Assembly: GCA_010093745.1 (NCBI GenBank)
Contig: MU005973.1
Span: 186,001 to 250,000, forward strand
Direction: 5' to 3'
Source: Piedraia hortae CBS 480.64
Lineage: Eukaryota
DNA: 64,000 nt
Made by a program: the position numbers and the translations under genes. Shown in pieces: positions 36,851 through 47,896 of the stretch. The notes beneath the pieces were generated by a model. It saw nothing but the letters and a program-made list of their open reading frames with translations. It had not been told where the DNA came from and made no database searches. The number at the start of each line of letters is the position of its first letter. The first letter of the stretch is position 1.

Positions 36851-37596
36851 GGTGTCTCCGCAGAGGAGGGAGCAGAAGAGAGCGGGAAAAGAAGAGAGAC
36901 AAAGACGCCAGAGCTGAAAATGCCCCGGTGATTCACTCCGTGGTGAATGTTGGAGGCGTGTGCAGCCTCGCGTCTACCCGCTACACCCGCGCGTCCAGGG
37001 TCCAGTCGGGGTCCCATGCCGTTTCAAGGGGTCCCTTCTAAATTGGCGCACACTTTGATTAGCACCGCCAACTGCTTTGATGGATTTTGGCTGCCTCGCC
37101 TGTCCAAGGGGCGCCGCTTCATTAATGGCAAGCGCCAATTATTTTTGTTGTTCACGCGCCTTCCGGGCCATTGGCAGAAGTTTAAACGAGTGGAAACATC
37201 TCGTGGCTGCCTCAGCTATGCCCAACCTATACGACAACCGTCAAACCAACCAGGGCTTCGTTCACCAAAGAAATGTTTGACAGAACTGCACCACCCCTAA
37301 ACCCACTGTAACGTCTCACCCCGAACCTATCGTGACATTCGTCATCCTGCCGCGTCAAGACATGTTTGTCAGTTCAGCCGTGATAACGTCTTGGATGAAT
37401 ATGCCAGGACGATCCGCGGAGCCACGCCGCTCTATGCGTTTGCTGTCATCTTCTCATAGCGGTGTTCGTCTAAACTAACTTCACCAAGAGTGGTAGCGTG
37501 ATGGAGAAGATGACCCGTCGTGTATTCCTCACTTGCCTAACCTCTAGGCCAGTGAGTAGTTCTGCGGTAGTATGCGTACACGCAGACCCAGACCCA

Positions 37597-38315
37597 GTCA
37601 CATAGCAATGCAGTCAAATTCGATGCAAGCTTGACAACTGTCTACTAAACCGTCGAGCGGTAAAGTCTTGAATGGACGGGGATTGTGTCTCTCGCAGCAT
37701 GCCACAATTGATGACAAGAATCCACACACAACCACATGAAGCCAAAGGGCGCGCACCAGCTCCATCAATTAATTGGTCGCCATACCATAGAAATGGGAAG
37801 ATACAGAACCCTTGACTACGCCCGTCACAACTATACAGAACTTCTAAACGAGGAAATTCGTGGATAACGTTTGGCCTCTCTTCAAATCCCGAATGGGACG
37901 ACCATGTGTTCAAGGAAAAGCGGGCCAGCTCATCAGACTCGATCAAAAAAGTCTGATAGATTTTACCGCATCATACACCATGTCATACCCGAATAGCGGG
38001 GGTTTCTCGACGAGTATACCAAGCAGAGTGATCTTCAAGCGCAAGTACGTTACCCGCTTCTGGCCTATCGATATACACGCCAACAATTTTGTGGTTCACG
38101 CAATATAGGGAGCAATGGCTGCAATCTCTTGGCCAAGAAACTTGGTTGAGTACTGAGAACACAACGCAGATATCCGATCCGCTGTTATACCTTCACCTCG
38201 ATTCAACAACGAAATCCCCACAGCTCCCATACCACCATCAGCTACGATGCAATTACTAGCGTTGAAAATCTCATTAACAACACCGGCCAGTTCAGCACAG
38301 CATCCCCCCTCAGCT
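37597..38315 (-). pseudogene. Possible decayed gene of unknown family
   Basis: About 240 codons in one minus-strand frame (ELAGVVNEIFNASNCIVADGGMGAVGISLL...CERHNPRPFKTLPLDG) with about 5 stops. Confidence 0.3.
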
Positions 38316-39387
38316 CAGTAAAGATGGCTTGCAGCGGGTAAGCACCGCCAGTAATTGCCACGGGTGCGTGCGGCTGAATATAGCGGAGATTTTTGGACGT
38401 CCGATGTCCACGTGCCTCCCACAATTCTTGGAATAGGCTGGAAGCCACTTTGTGTCTGCAATTCTGCCCAAAAGCCTCACATTTCATCTATTGTTGACAA
38501 GCCTGGTGACACCATGCTTCCTGGTGCGGGGTCTATTCACTCAAAATATTTACACGATCAATCACCCCATGACAACTGACCCAGCAATGTACCTTTGCAA
38601 AGCAGTTCAGCCCCCTTCGCAGCTACGCATCTGCTAACCTACCAAGCCCTCAAAAAAAGAAACCACCTTCCAAGCGAGCATTATGTAACACATTGCCCCT
38701 GCATTACACCAAAAAAAAAAACAGTATCAACGAGCATGAACTGCATGCAGATCGCACACTGTAAGGTACGTTGTGCAACCATGCACAACATTCCCCCTTT
38801 ACCCCCCCCTACCCTCCCAATCAACCGAATCAACTCGCCATGTGTGTACGCAAGGGATTTAACCAAAAAACTTCGGTCCATCCACGAGCCGGCTCCATGC
38901 ATTCAACAAAGTATCCAATCTGCAGGAAGCAAAGGAACCCATCAAGAAAAGCCGAAAAAGCTCATCATCTGACCCGTAGTAGCGGTGTGTTCCGAGGATG
39001 ATTTTATGCATGTGATCGCCGTTCAAGCTTCTAGAACAGCAACAGATAATCCCTAAGGGCATGGCCTCTTATTGGACGACAGAAACCAGAGAAATGTATG
39101 ATAGGGGTCCCTGGCAGGTAGACATTCAGGGATGAGCAATTCATCAGCCACACCCAACTACGGGGGTGGAAGAGGGCGAAGAAAAATTTTTCAAACTCAC
39201 TGTAACACACCGCTTAAATGTAACCCCCGCGTATCCGTTATTGTTTCAGCCCTACTGGACGTCCTCGTGACGAGGCGAGAATTTCCCAGACCTTGATAAA
39301 AAGGGACCTCGGACTTTCATTGTAGAGTTTTTTTTTTCGTTTTCTTTCCTCTCTTCATCCGGTCTTACATCCCCCGAGGAAGTGGTG

Positions 39388-40247
39388 ATGGCGTCTTATC
39401 TATCTACGGACGTGTCTCGCTTCGAACATCTGATCATTGTGTGCTGCAATGCAACTTACTTGGGGGATGGAGGCAAGATTGGGGACGAGGATCAGTGGAT
39501 TATGAAGCCGTATCAAAGAGCTGATCCGAAGATCGGGAAGAAGAGCGAGACGGCGACGTTTTTGAAACATATTATTGATGGGGTTAGATTCTCGCTCAGA
39601 GATCCAACTGCATTGGTTATGTTCTCAGGTGGTCAGATTGCGGGCACGCCAAGACCGGAGAGCGAGAGCTATTACATCGTCGCACAAGCACTTGCGGATT
39701 CGCAGATTCTTGAACCAATGGCTTGGTCACGGTGTGGGGGTTACACAGAGACTTTCTCTACAGACTCTTACCAGAACCTACTGTTTTCGATTATTCGGTT
39801 TCGACAGGTTACCAAGAGGTTTCCGCGGCATGTTACTGTGCGTGGGCTGTGGTTTATTTGTTTGGAAGAGAGTGGATTGCTAACTTGGGGAACCAGGTTG
39901 TAAGTCACGCTTTCAAAAAAGATCGATTCATGAGGTGTCATGCACCTGCCATTCGATGGCCGATGCGCAAGTTCTCTTTTCATGGCGTTGATCCCCCTTT
40001 TGCGCCTGGAGAGCAGGAAAAGGTGTTTGCCGGGGAGAAGGCTACTCGCGATGAGTTTGAGCGAGATCCTTATGGTATAGGCGCTTTCTTGGGAAAGAAG
40101 AGAGCAGAACGAGGCTGGAACGCGGCAGAAGCTATACCGGAGCTGGAAAGTGAGTGTGAGAAAAAGGTTGTGCGTCTTCTCTCCTGGAAAGGAGGAGACG
40201 ATGGCAAAACTATTTTCCCCGACACGCTGCCGTGGGAAAAGACGTAA
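39388..40247 (+). CDS. Conserved DUF218-like protein (resembles yeast YOR238W); intron 39838-39896
   Basis: HLIIVCC, ETATFLKHI, LVMFSGG, ESESY, TDSYQNLLFSI, VT|VVSHAFKKDRF, GVDPP. Confidence 0.82.
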
Positions 40248-40260
40248 TGGAGAGCTTTTG

Positions 40261-40674
40261 TCAAGGCACTGTGGAGTCCGAGTCATTGGAAAGTTTGTGG
40301 AATCCTTCAACAGCAGCATGGTAGCGATCCAGATTTACGACTCCCGCCGGCCACACCATGGTGGCTTCCACATAGGGGACTTTTTGCTTCGTCCCAACGT
40401 GGCCCATAATGTTCAGCCACGCCCCGACCGTAACCAACTCGTGATTCAGCGTTTCCAACACATTTGTCACACCAACAATGGCAGCTGGGGTCCTTGATTT
40501 GGTCGGGAAGCGCGTGCAAAGCATCAGCGTACCGTTTGTGCCGTTGTAGCCGTGCACGCTTCAAGTGTCAGTCTAGCCACGTAGTCGAAGGGAAAAAGCA
40601 TACCAAGCAAGGAAGCGCACTTTTGTCCCTGGCTGCACTGAATGCAGCTCATTCAGCGGCACCAAATGGCTCAT
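40261..40674 (-). CDS. TEN1: CST complex subunit Ten1 (telomere capping OB fold); intron 40559-40603
   Basis: Spliced MSHLVPL..GTKVRFLAC|VHGYNGTNGTLML..VGAWLNIMGHV..VEATMVWPAG..LDRY. Confidence 0.8.
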
Positions 40675-40783
40675 TGTGGTGAGGTGACGTGAGGTGACGT
40701 ATCAATGCAACCCTAAGGCAGCCCCGCCTCCGAACGTCATCACGCTCCCAATCCACCCGAACAACTTGTTGCAAAAAGAGACC

Positions 40784-41486
40784 ATGTCGGGCTGGGGCTG
40801 GGGCAGTTTCTTCGGTGGCAACTCGGCCAAGAGCAAAGATGCGCCCAAGAACGCCATTCTTGGGCTGCGTTCCACGCTCGAAATGCTGGCCAAGCGCGAG
40901 AAACATCTACAGAACCAGATGGACGAACAGGATGCGATTGCGCGGAAAAACGTAAACACAAACAAGGCAGCGGCTAAAGTAGCACTTCGACGGAAGAAAA
41001 ATTACGAGCACCTGCTGGAACAGACGACGTCGCAGATGATGACGGTCGAGAGTGAGATCTCGTCGATTGAGACGGCGAATATCAACAAGGAGACGCTGGA
41101 CGCAATGAAACGGGCTCAGCAGGCCATGCGCGCTATTCATGGTAATCTCACCGTTGACAAGGTTGATCAGACCATGGAAGAGTTCCGCGCACAGCACGAT
41201 ATTGCAAAGGAAATCGCAGAGGCTTTGGCTCAACCGCAAACGACAATGGATGAGGGTGAGCTTGACGATGAGTTGAATGAGCTGCAGAATGAGGAGCTGG
41301 AGAAACAGATAGTACAGGGCGGAAAGGTGCCCCTGACGGAGCCCTTATCACACACGCCAGGAGGTGAGTTGGCAGTATTCTTACGTATCGTGGCTAACGC
41401 TCCCAGTGCCCAGTCGGCAGCCAGTACAACAAGAAGACGACGAGGACACGGAGCTGCGGAAGCTTCAAGAGGGCATGGCCATGTGA
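40784..41486 (+). CDS. SNF7: ESCRT-III subunit Snf7/Vps32; intron 41364-41406
   Basis: KDAPKNAILGLRSTLEMLAKREKHL, ANINKETLDAM, DKVDQTM; spliced C-terminus EDTELRKLQEGMAM. Confidence 0.95.
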
Positions 41487-41617
41487 TTCGCACGAGGAGT
41501 TTGGGTGTTTTGTTACCAATTTTATAGGGGAGAGATGGTTGTGTTTACCATCGCTTCGTTACTTGCTTGGTAAAAAGGATGGGGTATCTACATACAATCC
41601 AGAGAACCAGCCACAGG

Positions 41618-42490
41618 TCATGTGTACCTTCCCTTCTTAGACATTGTGCTTGGATCTGCAAAGACGTCGACGAATGGAGATCTGCGCTTAGTGCCTGTTC
41701 CCGTGCCGAGATTGATGTGCTTTGGGCGGTTTTCTGACCGTGAGCGTCGCTGTTGGCGCAGGATGCTGGATTTGGATCGTTTGACAAGCTTCGAGTGCGC
41801 ATCTTTTTGTACTCTGATATCCCGCATTCTAGACGTGGGAGAGCGGTGAGGAGGTCGCGGAGTCTGTGCCACCTGACGCGGTGACCGTGCCTGCAAAGAG
41901 GGCTGAGGAGCAAATCTTTGCTGGACATTTCCACTCATCTCGTCGTCACTTGAATCATCATTAGGCGGTGGGCTGCGTCTTTCCGGCTGGCTTGGCCCAG
42001 AGCTATCTTCCTCTTCAACTCTTCCAGTGCCGCTTTGTTCCCGCTGCGATGCCAACAGCAGTCGCGCTAGAATCCACTGCCGAATTTTCCAACCTTCGGT
42101 GCCATATACGTGGCCTATATTGTGTTGGTCAATGTATCTTAGCAAGTCCCCCAATGTGTCTTGATAGCCCGCTGCTCGTGCTCGTTTTTGAGCGTCTAAC
42201 CCCGAGCGGAACAGGGTGGTTACCGAGCGAGCCGCTTCTCTAAAATTCGATACGACTTCCGGATCATTGACCTCCCTCTGGGACGCCGCGATCTCGCCGT
42301 CGTTGTCTCCCTGTGTATCATCGGGCTGTTGCGCCTCTTGTTCGTCAGAGTCGCCTTCATTACGCTCGTCAGAGTCAGAATATTGCCCTGTGTCGTTTGA
42401 ACCGATACTGTACCCCTCGGCCGGGCTCTGATGAATATTCCTGCCTCGCTGAGAGGGAAGAAAGGGTGTGATGCGGTTCATAGAGTCCAT
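41618..42490 (-). CDS. Conserved fungal protein, possibly HAPSTR1/YJR056C-like
   Basis: FREAARSVTTLFRSG..AGYQDTLGDLLRYID..GWKIRQW helical core; C-terminal NLS-like GTKRR..KKGRY. Confidence 0.75.
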   Translation of the reverse strand: MDSMNRITPFLPSQRGRNIHQSPAEGYSIGSNDTGQYSDSDERNEGDSDEQEAQQPDDTQGDNDGEIAASQREVNDPEVVSNFREAARSVTTLFRSGLDAQKRARAAGYQDTLGDLLRYIDQHNIGHVYGTEGWKIRQWILARLLLASQREQSGTGRVEEEDSSGPSQPERRSPPPNDDSSDDEMSGNVQQRFAPQPSLQARSPRQVAQTPRPPHRSPTSRMRDIRVQKDAHSKLVKRSKSSILRQQRRSRSENRPKHINLGTGTGTKRRSPFVDVFADPSTMSKKGRYT

Positions 42491-43197
42491 TTGGTGTGTA
42501 CCTGTATTGAAGTCTCGCTGCAGAGTCTCCTTATGTCTGCGACAAAGAGGAGTAGTCAAGAAGAGTGACAGTTTTCAATGATCTAAAAAGCGTATGAGTC
42601 AGCCACCTTTGCAGCGCTCATGAAGTGGGTGGTGTGTTCAGAGACTCACCGGTGCGGTGACACTTTTTGACGGTTGGTCCCACGTCAATTACACGCTAAG
42701 ACTGGTGTGGCCAATCACATCCTGACACGGAATGTGATCTTGCCGCTTCAAGAGAAGCACATGCGGGAATTGCTAAAAATGGAATGACAGCCGGAAACGG
42801 AACGGCACGAGGCAAAGACAGGGTGACCGCATCTGTCAAATCCATCTTGTTCAAATGATAGCTGGAGAGTCATTTGCACATCTTGGAGGGTGGTTATCAT
42901 GTGGCAGCATGTTAAAGCATAGCCATTGTCATGGCAGTAAAGACGTGTGGCATAGTGCCAAGTTTGGCAGGGTGATGGTCATTGTTAACATAACATTGTA
43001 CTTTAGATGGTTGAGCTTGCAAGATCTGCTCTAGAAACATGACAAACCAGAGTCATCGTAGTGCTGTCCAGTTTCCATGGGCAGCCCCGCCCAGGCGTCA
43101 CCTACCCTGATTTCATCTAGCCTGACGTCATTTACGCGTTGTCATCTAGTCCAACGTCAAATACCACGCATTCGCCCACGTCACCAGCAAGAACACC

Positions 43198-45279
43198 ATG
43201 GCGTCAGTCTCGTCTCTTGATCAAGATATGCGTCAATTACGACGCGACCGATACACGCCTCAGGCAGCCAACGAGGCGCGAAGGTGGATAGAAGACACTC
43301 TTGGCACCACTTTGCCCTCTGGCGACCTTCTCGACGCTTTAAAAGACGGAGTAGCTTTGTGCAAGCTGGCCAACCTCGCCCTACCACCACCGGGTGTTAA
43401 ATTCAAGCAGAGCTCTATGCCATTTGTGCAAATGGAAAATATATCCCAGTTTCTCAAAGCTTGCGAGATGCCACCACTCAACCTTCCCGCACACGATCGG
43501 TTCTTGACTGTTGATTTGTACGAAGGAAAAGATCCGGCCCAAGTGTTGCAGTGTCTCGGTGCATTCAGCAGAAAGGCCAATGCTGCCCAACCGTCTCGCT
43601 TTCGGTCGACCATAGGTCCCCGCAGTATCGCTTCACCCACAGCTGCCAGTACCTCCTTTGGGAGTGTTAGCAAAAGACCCATAAGTCCAACTAAGCCGGC
43701 AGATTTGACCCGCAGCTTAACGGGTGGCTCGACGGGCTCTCATACCAGCACGGCCACGCGTAGTACTACTACCACGGGGAATGTAAGCAGCTGGAGTAGT
43801 AAGCGCGACGAAGGTGTGACAAATCCAGCTTGGAATATTGTGCAGTACGGCTACATGGGTGGCGCGAGCCAAGGAAACCAGGGTATCACGTTTGGTGCTA
43901 GACGGCAGATCACAAGTGCTGCACCCTCTGTGCCGGGTTTGGCCGAAAAAGAGCGGTTGAGAAAGCAGAAAGAAGAAGAAGAGCGAAGGGCCAAGCGTGA
44001 GGCGGAAGAAGAGGAGCAAAGGCGACGTTCACAGAGAGAAGCCGAGGAGGCTCGCGCACGAGAAGAGGAGGAGCTTCGATGGCAAGAAGAATCGAAACGA
44101 CATAGAGAAGATGAGAGGCTTCGACTTGAAGAGCAGAAACGGCAGTGGGAGGAGCAGGAAAAACGGTGGAAAGAAGAGGAAGAGGCAAGAAAAAAGGAAG
44201 AGGAAAGAGTCCAGGCTAGTTTAACAGGCAGCGGTTTATTGAGGGGACAGACTCTGTCGCAATATCGCAAAGAACAGGCGCAACTGGGCAGAGAAACGCC
44301 TGGAGAAGCGAGGGTTCGGGAACTGGAGAAGCAGCTGGAAGAAGCCCGGTTGAGGGAAAAGCAATATCAAGCCGAGCGGGAAAGGGGGGAGAGATCTCGA
44401 CCAGGAACGGCAGAGGCTCGCCTTCCTGAGCGACTGTTAACCAGTCGGAAGCCTGTTCCCGGACCCAAACCAGCACAAGAGACAGCTGCAGAAACAGTTC
44501 CACCTCCACCTACACCGCCACGTAATTCCTCGCCCTTTGCACGGCCTTCCAACTCGATTAATTCACCTTCGTCGACAGAAAGAGAAACCACGCCGTTCCC
44601 TTTCCGTCCAGCACATGCTGCAGCAGGGGCAGCGTCATCAACAACACAGCAATCAGTTGAAGACAAAGACTCGGGGCCATTTTCCCCTCCTCTATCCCCT
44701 CGAACTGAGAAAGTCCCTTCCCAATCAAGACCTCTATTCTCCTCCCGCCCGAGCGCAAACAAGTCCACACAACGCTACGACTCTCTCGACTCCATCCCCT
44801 CTCTCCCTTCTGATCTATCCGGGGGAATTGAATCCTCACCACTGGGCAGTCCCAACCGGCCTGTGCCTGTCCCTGTTACCTATCGACCATATAGCCCTAC
44901 CAAACCCCCTCAACCCGAAGAGGAAAGTCACCAACAACCAACCAGTCTTCCATTGCAAAAACAAAACCCTTCTCCCTTTGCCCGTCCTCCCAGCTCAGCT
45001 TCTGCAGCATCCTTTTCCAAAGGAAATCGGGGTTGGGGAACGAGTTCTCTGCTAGAAAGGGAGATGGAACGTGAGAGGGAGAGACAGAGGGAATGGGAGG
45101 CTAATCAGTCTATGAAGAGTAACCTCAAGGCCGATGGGAGGGAGACGACGACTGCGCATTCGCAGTTTAGTGGGTTTACCGGAGGGGATACGCAGAATAG
45201 GGGTTCCTCGGCGGGGTCTGGGATCAATTTTGGGGGGAAGAGGCAGATTATTGGGCCGAGGCCTGCGCCTGGGAGGTAG
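43198..45279 (+). CDS. Calponin-homology (transgelin/Scp1-like) protein with long charged coiled coil and Pro-rich tail
   Basis: LKDGVALCKLAN, MPFVQMENISQFL, FLTVDLYEGKD (CH domain); QYGYMGGASQ calponin-like repeat. Confidence 0.9.
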   Translation: MASVSSLDQDMRQLRRDRYTPQAANEARRWIEDTLGTTLPSGDLLDALKDGVALCKLANLALPPPGVKFKQSSMPFVQMENISQFLKACEMPPLNLPAHDRFLTVDLYEGKDPAQVLQCLGAFSRKANAAQPSRFRSTIGPRSIASPTAASTSFGSVSKRPISPTKPADLTRSLTGGSTGSHTSTATRSTTTTGNVSSWSSKRDEGVTNPAWNIVQYGYMGGASQGNQGITFGARRQITSAAPSVPGLAEKERLRKQKEEEERRAKREAEEEEQRRRSQREAEEARAREEEELRWQEESKRHREDERLRLEEQKRQWEEQEKRWKEEEEARKKEEERVQASLTGSGLLRGQTLSQYRKEQAQLGRETPGEARVRELEKQLEEARLREKQYQAERERGERSRPGTAEARLPERLLTSRKPVPGPKPAQETAAETVPPPPTPPRNSSPFARPSNSINSPSSTERETTPFPFRPAHAAAGAASSTTQQSVEDKDSGPFSPPLSPRTEKVPSQSRPLFSSRPSANKSTQRYDSLDSIPSLPSDLSGGIESSPLGSPNRPVPVPVTYRPYSPTKPPQPEEESHQQPTSLPLQKQNPSPFARPPSSASAASFSKGNRGWGTSSLLEREMERERERQREWEANQSMKSNLKADGRETTTAHSQFSGFTGGDTQNRGSSAGSGINFGGKRQIIGPRPAPGR

Positions 45280-45464
45280 AGAGATGGAAGAGGGTTATTA
45301 TAGCGTTGCTTGTTATATTGTTTAATCCGTGTTCCTCGATATGAGTACTCGTATCGTTGTACTGATCAGTCCGGAAGATTGAGAAAACAAGCATAAACTT
45401 CATTACAGAACTTCTTTGTACAGTTAAACCCAATGATATTCCCAACGCCCCTCTCTGCTCATCA

Positions 45465-46766
45465 TCATCTATACGCCCCCGGAATGGGCACACTCTCATA
45501 GACCTTCTCCCCCGGCGCGGCTGCCACTCTCTCACCCTCCGGCGCAGCTTCAAATCCTCCCTCCTGCTCCTGCACCGGCGTCGCCTTCTGCACTCTAATC
45601 GGCGGAGCCTGCAATTTAAACTCTTGGGCGGGCCCCAATGTCTCTCCCCTTCCCAATCCCTCCTCCACCCTCCCATCCAACCCTCCGTGAATCCCATAGC
45701 CCCCCGGCGCGAATCCCGGTGTATTCGGCGCGCTCTGCTCACCCAACTTCTTCAAATACAAATCCCCCCTCGCTCGATCCCTATACGCCATCGACTTTCT
45801 CAATTTCCTCTTACTCGCCAACCTCCACAACACTACCCCATAAACCATAATCGTCAACGTCTCAACCACAATCTCAATCACACAGCAGATCAAGCTCCAA
45901 CTCTGCAAGCGACACACAAGATCATAGTCCACCTGGTCCTTGAACAACTCCTTCCGTCGAGTATCAGCGCAGGCCCAGCCCCAGAAATTCTTCTTGTCGG
46001 ATGAGGAGCGGGAGCTCTGTAGGATGCCGGCTCCCATCCCCCAGATTACGATGGATATTATGAAGAAGGTTATGGAAAAGGCCGTATAGTATGCGGCGGC
46101 GCGCTCGGCGCGTTTGTGTCCGCCCTTTGTGTAGTTGTAGAGGATGAGGGTTGAGGCGAGGAGGGATATGATGCTTATGACCAGGAGTGTTAGCTGGGGC
46201 CAGGTTTCTTGATTATGCGACCAGGGGGGGAGGGAGTTGCGAGGAGGGAGGCTTCGTGTCGCGTTGAAGATGGTGAAGGTTGTGGAGAGCATGCCGAGGA
46301 CGATGAGGGAGCAGGAGAAGTTTACCCCTCGTAAGAGGAATTTCGCTATCCGGACGCGGGTTTTGATTTTCTGGTAGAGTAATGGTTAGTTGGGGGAGAA
46401 GGTTGATTGTTACTTTGGGGGGCGACATACGAGATCATGAGCCTGCTGCTTCTCGGTGTGTTTTTCTTCCTTTTCGAGGAGTTGTTCCTCGTTGAAGGTT
46501 GGGGAGAAGAGGGTTCTTGTTGGTGGAGCACCTGGGGTTTTGAGTGCGGATTTGAGAGGACGGGGATAGTCTGTATTGGTTGTGTCGGGCATTTCGACAA
46601 TTTGGGGATTTTGGTGGCCGACGTCTTGGGGTTGGGCGATGTAGTGGTTTGTTGGGGAGATAGGAGAGTGGACTGTTGTTGCTTCTGCGAAACGGGGGGG
46701 TCGAGGTTGTTGGATCGAGGAGGAAGAGAGGGATCGTGTGTCGATTGAGAAGGTTGGTTTGGACAT
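45465..46766 (-). CDS. Four-TM membrane protein, HAM-8 (hyphal anastomosis)-like; intron 46371-46430
   Basis: PLKSALKTPG..SPTFNEEQLLEKEE..HDL|KIKTRVRIAKFLLRGVNFSCSLIVL, WGWAC, LVCRLQSW; family recalled from memory. Confidence 0.75.
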
Positions 46767-47447
46767 GACTGCGGAGTGGTGGTGGGAGGGAGGAGGGATA
46801 GATATTGGTCACCTGGGCGCTTGCGAGCCGCCCAGTGGACTCGATTGGATGCAGGGTCCGGAACGAGGTGCATAGCGCTTGCATATTGGGTTTTGACTTG
46901 TTCGATACTGTGTGGTTGTTGGTTTTGATTGAGAGGATGGTGTCGGTGGGTTCGTAGATGGATAGTTTTGTCTATCTAGTTCACCTCCCTACCTGGACTA
47001 CTTAAGAGTATGTGCGTCTTTCGTGCACTACCTAAGCGCCGGTGTGGGGCAAGCGCTGTAGTCTAGCCGCTGCTACCCCGCATATGCCCACTTGTGAAAC
47101 AGCCACGATGTGATCAGGGCCACGTTCTCGAGGCGAACCTTGCTGAGGTCGTTGTGGGTGGTCAACTGCGACCATGTGATCGAGGTGATCTATGTTCTAC
47201 CTTGAAAATTTGTCTTTGAAGGGTGTGTCAATCGGTGTTCATGGGACCGCTCCACTTCCAAGCCTTAATGAGAAGATGATCATTGCAGGTGTTAATTAGC
47301 AAATACCAGGTGAGAACTTATCCAGGTTCTCACTTGACCAGTTGCCCTCTTCTTCGCCAAAAGATACCACGGACGAATCCAGGCCTATTCATTTCTGCAA
47401 AGCTGCACATGATGACGTATCAGCATCAGGCATTGCAATGATGACTT

Positions 47448-47767
47448 CTACTCAGTATCAGAGCTATCGTTGCTCTCTCTGACCGTGTCTTGAATCGTCT
47501 GCATGTACAATCAGCACTCCACTCCCCCGAATTGCAAACCACAAACTTGATTCAAAAATGTCTTCAGCTCATCGAGCCTATGTGTATGCACGAGCAAATG
47601 CTCCTCGTCAAGATCTTCAATTATAAATGCGTTTTGATGTTCATCGTTAATTTTGATCAGAACAGCCTTGATCGAGGGATCGCATTTAACCAGCACACCT
47701 AAAAATTGTTAGACATATAGTAACGGTATAAAAAAAAATCTCCCAAACCTTTGGTCGCACGCGCCAT
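47448..47767 (-). CDS. TFB5: TFIIH subunit Tfb5/TTDA; 3 exons
   Basis: MARATKG|VLVKCDPSIKAVLIKI..FIIEDLDEEHLLV..|TIQDTVRESNDSSDTE; canonical introns. Confidence 0.92.
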
Positions 47768-47896
47768 TGATGTCAATATCTCAACGCCGGGCAGACGAAC
47801 AACATTTGTGTTGCTGTTCTCGCGCGGGTGTAGCCGTCGGGACAACCCGTCAACTAATGCAGTGTTCTCCAGCGAACACAATTTTCCATTCACTTC

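Noticed and set aside
47405..47485. C/D box snoRNA (ATGATGA..CTGA)
   Set aside because: Overlaps the TFB5 last exon on the opposite strand; no terminal stem or guide could be supported.
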